Below are positions 1 through 12,100 of a stretch of 64,000 nt of DNA, in pieces. The notes beneath the pieces were generated by a model. That model did no database searches and had not been told where the DNA came from. It saw only the letters and a list, made by a program, of their open reading frames with translations. The stretch lies in IMG/VR virus record IMGVR_UViG_3300021513_000001, positions 50,333 to 114,332 of that record; one strand, 5' to 3'. The stretch's first letter is position 1. Each line of letters opens with the position of its first letter. Source of the stretch: a virus. A program made the translations under genes and the position numbers.

Positions 1-3000
1 TCAAAACCATCTTTACCTCCATTCGGACTATCAAGCACAATTGGCATATACGTATCCCTATCTGGTATTTTAACCCTAAAATTTAAAGAAAACTCATACC
101 CTGTTTTAAAACCAACACTACCACCAAGCCACCTAAAATTATAATATTGACTAACACTACAAGCATATATAGATCCTCTTTCTGGTATATCTGAATCGTC
201 AACATTAAAATAATAACCCGTATAAAAATAATAATTATTCATTAGGTTGTTAAATCTACTATTAGTACAGGGGTTATATATTATACAACCATAATCATAT
301 AAATCTTCCAAAGAATCAAATACATAATCAACCGAGCCAGAAGGTGTAGGAACAGTCATATCAAAAGTATAACTTAAAGCCCTAGAGGTATACTGAGAAA
401 CAGCCAAAAATAAAAATTTATTAATAACATTATAATTTAAATCACATGTAAAAGAAGTACCTCCTAGCGATAAGTTTTCTCCAGAATTACTTTTACCAAC
501 AACAGATGAATAAGGCAAATAATATAAACTATGTATAATATCTGTATCAACATTTATATATCCAAAAAAAGAATAATACCTATCAGGAACCTCATCATAA
601 TTTTGATGTACATAGCCACCTAAACTTTCCCCAGCAATATAAATTTTTTTATCTAAATCCCAAACCGCCGATATAATAGTACAATTAGAAACACTAGAAT
701 ATGTCTTTGGAGAAGAAATAGGAATCCAAGTATCTATAGATATTATATATTTATAATAATGACCTTTATTAAAATTAATATAATAAACATAATCATAAGT
801 TTCTACTAAAAACCCGTGTTCCACGTCAATTATATTATTTGTAACTACAGAAGATAAATTTGTATACTTCTTTGTAATAGAATTAAAAGACATGAAAACA
901 GACATCGTACCTATTGACGGTGTAGTATCCCTAGAAAAACCATATATAACAGACTCACTTAAACTAAATTTAGACATTAAATAAAAATCAGGCACACCCT
1001 CTTCAGTATCTAACCACGCCCAAACAATCTTATACCTTGGTGTAGAAAGAGGCAATAAAGATAAAGTATTATTATAATTATTAATAATATTAACATCTTT
1101 GTCTGTGTATCTATAATGAAAAAGTCTTGCTAAATAAACTACATTAGACTTAACAAATGCTATATTTTGCACACAACTGTTAACATTCGATATACTAAAC
1201 GAAGAAGAAAAATCATAAACTTTTAATAATAGACCCCATTCTTCTTGAGAATAAGATAGGCTGTATACTGCAGAAGTAGTTACTATTGAAATATAGCCAC
1301 AAATATCTTTAATCTCAGATACATTTTCCAAACCGATATGTTGTGACACAGATATAACATCTAAAGTATCAACATCATATTTAAACACAGTATTACCGTT
1401 AAATACAAACAATACATTATTGTTACTTTCTATTTTCAAAGAAGATACATTAAAACCAACTACACTATCAACCACACCAGTATTCAAGTCATATCTGAAC
1501 ACTTCGCTAACAGGTGATTGATAATAAGCATAAAAAACATATTTGCTAGAAATTGAAACACAAACATTATTAGAAGTAGAACAAGACTGCAACAAAGACC
1601 ATGCATCTGTAATTATATTATATTTATATAAACCTGTTTTATAATATATAAAATAAATACAATTATTTTCATTATCAAAATCCCAGTTATGTTTTTGGTT
1701 TACTATACTTGTTTCTGAAATAAAATATGGATAAGTCCTATCATAAAAATAACCAGTTTTAAGATCATAAAAACCAAAATTATCTTTAGATAAATACCAC
1801 AAACATTTTCTACTATTATCGTGCAATACTATAGCGCCGGTACAATCTATCTTTGTATTATAAACATTATTAATAACTATCTCATTATTTACTCCAGAAT
1901 TAAACTCTCCAACAGTAAAAGATACATCATTAGGTAATGATATCTGATTAGAATAATAATTTATAGCATCATTAGAAATAGATAAAGCTTTATATCTATT
2001 TGAATCATAAGCAAACATATAAGCATACGTTTGATAATCTGTATTATTATAAAGAGAAATTGGATAATCTGTAGAAGTATACCCCCTAACAACTGTACCA
2101 CAAAACAAAGTATCAACACCAGAAGCTAACACATAATTATCATCATAAGTATTTACAGTTATACCTGTTATTTTATTTACCGCAGGAAAATCAAACTCTA
2201 AATATATTCTACTAGGATAGTTTTTACCTAAATCAAAACTGACACCAGAAGAAGTTATTGTTGTGTTTACTTGTCTGCGTTGTCCATTCAGAGCAACAAA
2301 TGGATCAGATATTGCATTTTCTATAAATATATTATCACAACAAGCAGACCACCAAGTAAAGTCAGACAAAACCCCATTAAAATATCCTACTCCTGGAGCC
2401 CCACCAAGATAAATTACAGAACTTCCTCCAAGAAAAGTACAAGGTTTATTTACCTCAATAAAAGCATCGTTACATCCAACCCTAAGTTTAGTTTTTGGTT
2501 GACATCTTAAAGATATTAAATTCCAAATTCCAGATACAACCGTAATGCCAGTATTATATAGTTCTTCGGATGTACCATTATATAACATTAAAGATAAATT
2601 ATTATATTGATTTATTCCTAAACTTAAAATCTCATCATTAGGACCTTCCGCTCTAAAAAACATATTATCCTGCGTAACACCGCTTAAATAATCAAAAGGC
2701 TTAACATACAATAAAAAAGTATAAGAACAGCCAAACAAAAAATAAGGTTCTGATTTTAAATAAGATGTTCCACTACACAGCATCCCACTACAAACAACCC
2801 CATGAGTAGGTGTAACCCCATAATTTTCAAAATCTAAATCTAAATAATTTTCATTAACGAAATCGAGACAGCGACTAAAAGAATAATGACAACACGGATA
2901 GCCAAGATCTGTAATATTACCATAATATCCACTAGCTGTTACACCGCTTGTTGTCGATAAACCAACATACACAGATGCAACATTTATATTAAAATCAAAA

Positions 3001-3119
3001 TTTAAACGAAATTTTTTACTTCCCGCTTGTATTGGAACGTTTACCAAATCCACATACGGTATTATTGTATCACTGTCTGTTTGATATATAAAACTATCAT
3101 TTAAAATATCAAGTATCAT
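1..3119 (-). CDS. Large tail fibre/receptor-binding-like protein, 3' end outside the window (LamG-like domain, then Kelch/beta-propeller-like repeats); absent from the ORF track
   Basis: ATG at 3119 (MILDILNDSF...). Manual translation is open and in the same frame at 3119-2250, around 1560-1650 (GLYKYNIITDAWSLL, Kelch-like) and at 3-80. LamG-like segment GIWNLISL...IYLGGAPGVGYFNGVLSDF. Probably missed by the track because no stop codon lies inside the window. Confidence 0.75.
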   Translation of the reverse strand, partial: MILDILNDSFIYQTDSDTIIPYVDLVNVPIQAGSKKFRLNFDFNINVASVYVGLSTTSGVTASGYYGNITDLGYPCCHYSFSRCLDFVNENYLDLDFENYGVTPTHGVVCSGMLCSGTSYLKSEPYFLFGCSYTFLLYVKPFDYLSGVTQDNMFFRAEGPNDEILSLGINQYNNLSLMLYNGTSEELYNTGITVVSGIWNLISLRCQPKTKLRVGCNDAFIEVNKPCTFLGGSSVIYLGGAPGVGYFNGVLSDFTWWSACCDNIFIENAISDPFVALNGQRRQVNTTITSSGVSFDLGKNYPSRIYLEFDFPAVNKITGITVNTYDDNYVLASGVDTLFCGTVVRGYTSTDYPISLYNNTDYQTYAYMFAYDSNRYKALSISNDAINYYSNQISLPNDVSFTVGEFNSGVNNEIVINNVYNTKIDCTGAIVLHDNSRKCLWYLSKDNFGFYDLKTGYFYDRTYPYFISETSIVNQKHNWDFDNENNCIYFIYYKTGLYKYNIITDAWSLLQSCSTSNNVCVSISSKYVFYAYYQSPVSEVFRYDLNTGVVDSVVGFNVSSLKIESNNNVLFVFNGNTVFKYDVDTLDVISVSQHIGLENVSEIKDICGYISIVTTSAVYSLSYSQEEWGLLLKVYDFSSSFSISNVNSCVQNIAFVKSNVVYLARLFHYRYTDKDVNIINNYNNTLSLLPLSTPRYKIVWAWLDTEEGVPDFYLMSKFSLSESVIYGFSRDTTPSIGTMSVFMSFNSITKKYTNLSSVVTNNIIDVEHGFLVETYDYVYYINFNKGHYYKYIISIDTWIPISSPKTYSSVSNCTIISAVWDLDKKIYIAGESLGGYVHQNYDEVPDRYYSFFGYINVDTDIIHSLYYLPYSSVVGKSNSGENLSLGGTSFTCDLNYNVINKFLFLAVSQYTSRALSYTFDMTVPTPSGSVDYVFDSLEDLYDYGCIIYNPCTNSRFNNLMNNYYFYTGYYFNVDDSDIPERGSIYACSVSQYYNFRWLGGSVGFKTGYEFSLNFRVKIPDRDTYMPIVLDSPNGGKDGF

Positions 3120-3165
3120 TTAATTTTTTCCAATTTTTAGATATAAATTAAATATATTTTCCATT

Positions 3166-6100
3166 CTAATAAACACCTGACCATTTTATTTTCAAATTTA
3201 ACTGATTTAATTCTTTGCTTTTTCCCTCATAACGTATTGGAATTTTTATATATTCAGCTGGTTGTATTTCCCCAACATATAGTGGTGAGCTTTCTACTAA
3301 ATTTTTATATTCATTTCCATGCTTAACAAATAGTTTATCGTTTACTAATAGGTTTTCTCTATTCCTTGAATGTATCTTTATATAATTAACTTGTCCGCAT
3401 AAACCAAGAGAATTATAAATACTTGTTATATATACAGGACTTCCACCTACCATAACACCAAAAACTTTTAGTTTCATTATTTCTATTATATTAAACTGAA
3501 TTCTTCCAACCATAAACCCGTTAACATATAATTCTGACCAAAAACACCCGCCTTTACAAAACCAATCAAGTTTTAGCTTTATTCTATCATTTACATTAAA
3601 CTTACATGCCTTACCAAATTTTTTAACTGTTCTAACATCATGCTTATAAGAGTACACACCCAATACGAACTCACCTGATAGCTTGTTCACAAGAGAAAAA
3701 CATAACTCGTCACTAAACACTGATAATAAGACCTTATCTGATAATATATTTCCAAATATCTTACCATCACTATCCCAATATGTTATATAATCTAACTGAA
3801 CACTACCCGAATCAGACTCATAATACAAATGCATACAAAAAGCATCTTTATTAGACGACAAAACATTCTTAACAGAGGATTTATCAACAAAAATATTATC
3901 AAGTACTAAAATTCCTAATTCATGTAAATAAATTCCACCAAACCATACATTAAATATATCTAAATCATTAAATAATAAACTATCTGTAACAACATTAAAT
4001 ACATACTTAATAACATAACTACTATAAAAATTAAGTCTAATAGTATTCCACCCGCTCATTAAACTTAAATTCCATCTATAGTAAGTGCCGTTTCTTTTAT
4101 CTCCAATACATAAATAAAAGTTATCAACGTTATTAGATGAATATATTCTTAATACTAATTCGTCTGTAATAGACCATTCTTTATCCATTCCAAATTTTTC
4201 ATAATAAGTACCTACTTCAAAAACAGTATTCTTAAAAAACCTTACACCTATAGAAGTAGAACATCCTTTTATATAAAAAAATTCTTCATAAAGTTCTACA
4301 TCTCCAAAATATACTCTCCAAGAATCAACCGAGGCTGTTATAAAATCCTCTGAAACACTAACAGTATATTCGTCTATAATGAAACCACAGTCATACAAAC
4401 CGTCAGTTTTAGCTAATACAGAAGTAAAATTACCCGCAGGCAAACTATCTAAATCTAGAACAGAATACGACACACATTCGTTAACAAACTGCTTACTGAA
4501 ATAATAATTTGGTTGGCACACCCCTGTTTCAGAATAATTAATAGACTCTAACGCTAGCGTTTTATCTAATTCATAAATATTACAAAAAGTATTATCAAAT
4601 TTTCTAACATTAGAAAATGATAAAATCTTAATATATTCTATAAATACTACATTACCCGAAAGCAAATTATTATTGAAAAAAAACTCTGATACTTGTTTGG
4701 TTTCATAAATTATTAAATCAATAGTAGTAAAAGAAACAGAATCAAACTCAGCAATTATAGTAGAATTAATATTATCTTCTATATCAAATACAGTAACTGA
4801 ATCCATAACTATACTACACTTTGTTATATATCCAGCATACTCAGTGCCAACATTATATCCAGATTTTATAACAATACGATCACAAACTCCACCGCCAAAA
4901 AGTTTCAGATGTATTACCAAACTATCAGAAAAACTTGATACCATATAATCATTTATATCTGTTTTATTTCGTTTCCATTTAACATTATAAACATCTGTCA
5001 AAGTTGAACTAACACTTAATACTGAAGCCGAAAGAAGATCTATATATTTAGAATCTCCTGTATATTCCCATCTCGAATCCTCACAGCCGCTAATTGTTGG
5101 AAAAACACTAAATACCCCAGGATCTAAATTAAAAGCATCTTTACTAACGTTATTAGACAAGACATACCACCTAGCATCAGACAAAGAACATTGAGTAGTC
5201 AATAAACAAGGATTATCAATGTTATCTGAGTAATACATAACATTTGAAAAGTTATGCGCTTGTTGCTGGGTAAGAAACCCAACCCCCACATTAGAACCAA
5301 AATCTATAAAAAATTTATATTTTATATTACAGTCACTAATACTACAACTAGTATAACCTAATTTTTCCAAATAGGAATTATAATATAATAATAACTCTGA
5401 AGAACTTGTTTCTATATTTGACCATATAAATTCGTCTATTATAGAAGGTGTATTACGTCCAAATATTAAACTAGAACTATATTGATTTATTGGTTCATAA
5501 ATTTTATAATCTACTATTGTATTATTATGTGCCAACTTTAAACTAATACCCAGATTATCTATAATATTAATATTATTTAAAGTCTCATTATATGTTTGAT
5601 ACCTATCAAATACTCTTATTGTATCTACATATCCCTGAATAAATAATTTAAAACTAGCGTCAACCGGAGGCATGAAATATTCAGAAAAATAATAGTTATT
5701 ATCACCGCCATAAAAAGTAACCCCGCCAGGGGTATTACCAAAAGATAAATAATTAAATGCATTCTTTTTACTTCTTACTATTTTTTCTAAACCGTTAGGT
5801 GTATTTAAATAAATATTCGTATCATTATGTGGAGAAAATAATACAAAAACAGGAATTGTATCCATGATTATGGGTTCATATAAAGAAGAATCTGAATAAA
5901 TCTCAGATCGCATTTGATATCCATTTCCACTCTTCAATAAGTAATCTCTAGAAAGATTAATTCTACAATTCAATATATCAAACATTATATCAAGATAACC
6001 ACTAGCAGTATAAGCCAAACGATAAGAGGAAAGACCAGAAAAATAACACTTTCTTAAATAAACATAAAAAGACCGCGTGCCTTCGATCTTAAACACGTAC

Positions 6101-9100
6101 GTACTTGATGTAGCAACATACCTACAATTATCCATTGTAAAATAACTAACTTTGTCACCTTGTGTTCTAAAAGAAATATTATTAGTCGGCAACTGCTCTG
6201 TTATTGTTATATTCTTAAATATCACCTCACATCCATTTAATTTTACTGAACTTCCACTTATAACTATATTTATATCACTATAATTACCAACACCAATTAT
6301 TATAATATTTTTACTAATTGTATAACCACCTATGCTATAAGTACCAGGCAATACATAAATAATTTCCCCATTCGAAGCTTCAGATATAGCAGAAGTTAGA
6401 GTAATATAATTATCACCAACTACTTTTGCCCCATCAAATTTTACCAAATCTTCATTTATTTCAATATAAGACAAAAATATTGAATTGTCTATTTTAACAA
6501 CAGAATCAACAAAAAAATATCTACACTTATCTACTAACTCATTCAAATTAACATATATAATATCTTGATATGCTTTATTTGTTGGTGAAAATTTCCATGC
6601 TGTAGGAACTAATGCTACAGCATCTGCTGGTGTCATAAATTCTTCACTATCAACAGTAATACTATCCAAATAAGCTATAACACCTGGACCTGTTCCTTCC
6701 ACAGACACTTTATAATAATATTGTTTAGCACAATCCTGCGATAATATAACTATCCAATCATCACCATCACTTAAAAAATATTGTATATTATAACCGTCAT
6801 TTATTATTTTCAATTTTCTATTACTAACATTTGAAACGTGGTAAATAGAAGAATTGCCGGATGATCCACTACAATAATAATTTACCCAAGAAGCAGTCCC
6901 ATCATTATACCCAACTTTAAATTTAGATACACCAAATATCCTATCTTTATAACTATCATACGCTTCTACATTTAAAGACAGAGCTAAACCGTTTACAAAA
7001 TCAAACGATAAATCATTATAGCTTAAAACTACTTCAAAAGGAGCACAGAAAAATATATTTGACTGTATTTTATCTCCATTAACTGACATTAGCTTCAAAG
7101 AACTATTATATATTCTAGGATCACCGCTAACTGCCCACCTTTTTAAATTTGGAGACCTACCATCAGAAAGATTAAAATTATCATTAGCCCCAACAGAAAA
7201 CAACCAATCTCTTTTTAATTCTCTATATAAAATTCTATCTTCAAAACATCTAAATCTATGAACTGTAGTAACTTGATTACCGTAGGTTCCCTTGCCATAC
7301 AAATTACCCCACCAAGCATATAAATCACCATTTATAATATAATCTAATACTAAATAACCATTAGTAGGACCTTGCCAATAAATTATAGTCCCAGTTCCTG
7401 GTACAAATTTAACACCTATCATATAAGGCCGACCATATACAGGATAAAACAACCTATTATCGCCATCATATATACGACTATAAGAATAACCATCAATATA
7501 AAGTCTAAATACACCGGCATCATAACTAATATAAATACTTTCCCCAGTATGATCATAATAAGCACTACGAAAAGGGGTATTACAAACAACAAAACCAGCA
7601 CTATAACTATTATTATAATCTTCTATAGTAAAAGAACATTCAAATGTAATAACACCGGCTGAACGTATTATTTTATTTGTACGAATATTTCCACCTTCTA
7701 ACTTTATATAATTATCATTAACATACGAATAATTTCCATCTATAACAACATCACAATATGAATTCAAGTCATCATTAATTACAAAATTATCAAAATAACA
7801 TTCTAATTTCGAGCTACCATCCCAAGAACTGTGCTCTAATCTAATATATGATACATTAACATCCTCTGGCACCATCCAATCAACAAGACGAAACCACTGA
7901 TTTTTTTGCAAAAAATATGAAGAAAATATATTTTCTTTTTTAATTATTCTAATTTTTCCAAAATCATCATTTTGTGCTGCATATTGTGCCAAAGTAGTCC
8001 AGTCACCATCTATACAAATAGTTGTTTTATATCCACAATTAGAATGAGTCCCCTGTCTTCTAATATCAAAGCGGTTTCCATTCTCAAAATAAATAACAAG
8101 TTGCTGAGACAATTCAGACGAATAGTAATAATTGCCTAACTCAAAATCTACCTGAACATTAAAATCTCCAACAGGCGTATATTTAGTATCAATATAAATA
8201 TGTTCAGCACAATATTTTACATGAAGCTTATTATTTTTTATCTCTATATTAGAAGTTGAACCAGACCACAAGGTTTGATCATATAAATCGCCATCATTAC
8301 CTGTAAAATCATCACTCATATACTCTACAAAACCAGATCCGCTAAATGAAGTATTAAATGTTCCTTCTCCGGCTTTAAAAGTTTCATCAATAATTGTATT
8401 TACATCATATCTCGATTTATAAATTGCTTTTATTGTTTGGTCAGATGTATTAGTAAACAGCTGCTTATCTATATTATAATTTCCTACTGATACACTAGAT
8501 ACAGTATTAACATCACTACTATATGATAAAACACTATCTATTTTAAGTTCAACAAAATACTCACTAAACCAACACAAAGATAGATCCTTCTCTTTGTATG
8601 TTAAACCTATACTATACGGTTTATTAATTAAAAATCCGCCAGCGGGGATTGAAGAACTAACACCTCCTATCCATGAAAAACTAAAAGGATAGTCGAGTTT
8701 AGAAACCAACTCACTATTAACAACACCGTAACTATCTTCATTAATAAATTTTCTACCACGTACAAATAAAGTACTAATACCGGGAGATTCTAACAACTCT
8801 AAATCAGTATCTGCTATACCTACCCCCTTTGTTAATAAAATCTTTTTTATTCTTAAACTAAAACTGTTATCACCATAAAGATAAACTTTCACATCTACAG
8901 GATAAATATAATCATAACCATAATCATATGAACCAATTTCACACCAGGTAGTTCCGTATTTTCTATAATAAAAATAAAAAACAGAATCTGTTCTTTCTAT
9001 ACGTAATCCTCCTGATACACTACCAACACCGCCGCTTTTATAACCATGAGAAGCATAAACATAGTGATTATCAAACCGATGTTTTACATAAACATCATTA

Positions 9101-12100
9101 TAATAAGTATTATTTTTAAACACTGCTTTTAAAACTACTGAAGCTTCTCCACTAGAATAGTCGCTAAAACCATCAAAATATACATCTATAATAAAAGCCC
9201 CATCTATCGAAAATCTTGAACGTAAACTTTCAGCACTTCCCAAATGCTCAAGCCAAACTCCGCCGCTATCTACCTCATACGGAGAAGATATAATCCACTT
9301 ATAGTCTAAAACACCTTCTTCAGAAAAATCAGTACTGTACTGATCATTAGATGTAAACTTATAAGCTATTTCATTTTTAGATTTATAACCAACGAACTCA
9401 TTAAAAAGATAATGGGCTGTTGTATATGCATTTTTAGAAAACAAAGAAAAATTATCATAAACATCATAATAAGTAATATTGTCGTAACTATACATTAATG
9501 TGCACGGTTCGTATGAGCCTGTTTCACTAATATAATAAATAACAGCCCTATTAACACCACAATTACTACCAAGATCCACCCCAACAGCAGACAAAACATC
9601 ATCTCCACCCTTTTGTATAGAATGTGACAAATCATAATTTATAACTACGTTGTCATCAAGATAAGAAGTTTTTCCAGATAAAATACCAAAATATAAATCA
9701 TCAGAATAAGAAACATACCCCTGCCGTATAGGAATAAGAACATCATCAATATAACACTTTATCTCAGTTACTTTTATACTTTTTGAAGATTCGTTTACAA
9801 ACTTTAAATATCTTAAACTTATATTATTAAAATTATATACAAACTTCTTAACAGTATAATCTCTACAAAAAGTTAAACTTTTGTTAAAGTTGTCTAAAAT
9901 AGTAGAATTGTCCAGAACATTACCAGAATACACATAACTTAATCCATCGTTTACAGTATACCAAATCTTTTTTCCAGAAACAACTTTAGACGCTTTAATC
10001 TCACAAGATATAAACTCGGCTATTATATTACCTTTAACATGCGGAGCATTAAAAATAGTTGAAATAGCTACTAATACCTCAGTATCAAATAAAGAAAAGG
10101 TTGTTAACTCATGCCATTTGTCACTATAAAAACAATAAAAAGTCCAAGCATTGTCACGCTTCTTTATTTTTAATCCAACATTTCTTCCTAAAACATTACT
10201 AAAATTATAATAAGTAGGATCAACTTGATTTTCTAACTTAAATTCTAAACCATACTCCGGACTGAGTTGAAACGAAGAATAAAATCTTAAATAATTATTG
10301 TAATTCCGATCACAACAAGCCAGCCCTATATATACAAAATCTTCTATATTGCCTACATAATTAAACCTCAGTTCTATATCTATATCATTATAAAACTCAT
10401 TAACATTTATATAATTAAACCATCTTATCGCTTCATTTTTTAATGGTCTTAATTTTAACCCCACATCTATATAAACAAATTCACCATCTTTACCAGGAAC
10501 TAAATAATCATAAGGAGCGTACCAATCATCATAGACAGTAGTCTTAAAATTATAATATTTACTTACAAAAAAATTTTCTAAGTTAAGCAAATTTTTTAAT
10601 GAATATGTATTATATTCACTATTTATATAATTACTAGAAACAAAATAAAACTCAGAATGTGTATACTTAGTAGGAACAAAACCTTTATGTACAATGTCGT
10701 TATCAAAATCATATTCATACACCAAACTGTCTAACAAGTCTGCAGTATAATCTAACAAATAACAATTTAATGGTTTAATTCTAGTATTATATATTGTTAA
10801 AACACCTTCTCCTGATTCGTTACTGGAGACAAAATAATCATCTGGAACAAAAGACGAATATACATTAATATTATCAAGGTTAAAAACCCTGTCATTAGAA
10901 ATAAGACAAACATTTATAACTAAACTTTTTATATGGGTACCTATATAAATATCTTTTTTATCGCCATTATTATTTAAATCAAACATTACCATTTTAGAAC
11001 AGTCTAAAAAACCACACACATCAACAACATAAGCTAACATATTACCTGTTTTTGTACATATTTCTATTTCAGAAAAACTTATATTTGGAAGATTCTTGTT
11101 ATTATAAACAAAAACACCAACCCCTTTAGTTTTTACCTCATTTTTTATATCAAACTTCCAATTATCAATTTGATATTCTGAAATTATAACATCTTCTATA
11201 TTAGAAAAACTCGGAGAAGTTTTAGTATTATCCAAAATTTCTAATAAATAATTATCAAAACTTTCTTCTTCAGTGCTATATATTAAAACACTACATATAT
11301 CTATTGCTACCGGAAACTCATAATAAAACAAAACACTTCCTGGTATAAAAGAACATGTATAATTATTATACTCATATACATTAATTATATAATCATTCCA
11401 ACTATATCTTAAAATATTTTTATTTTTTATTGATGTTAAATCTATAGGAGGACTATAATCATAATTATCTAACTCTATTTCAGTAACATCTGCATAAAGT
11501 ATATTGTCAGATAAACAATCTATACCTACAATCTCGCCAGGAATTTCTGTCACATTTCCTTGATCGTCTTTAACATTAAGTTGACAACCAAGTATTTTAT
11601 AATTAAAGTTATTATTAAATATTATATTAAATTCTTTATCATAAGAATCGGAATACTCTAATAAAAATGACAGTTTATCTACATAAGAGGTTTCATTATA
11701 AACAGCAAGTATTGGAATATCATTATTTGTCGGTGCTTTAAAATAAGCATAAAAAGAAACAGAAGAAAATGAAGTTTCCTCTATATCACTTTTATTTATA
11801 CTATCAGAATACCCAGAAACTACACCGTAATAATTTATAACAAAATCAGCCTTTCTAGATATACCTATCTTTAAATTATAAAAACCTATTACATCTCCTC
11901 TATATACTCTACATACCCAATCTAGTATATGTTTTGACATCTTATTTGTTTCTGATAAAAAATAACTATTAACTACCTCATAAACATCTTTATTTTTCCT
12001 ATATATTAAAATTTTTCCACCGCCAGAAAGAGCTTTACAATAAATTTCAAAACAATTAAGATATCCATCAAAATTAACACCAATTGTATAAAAAATAACA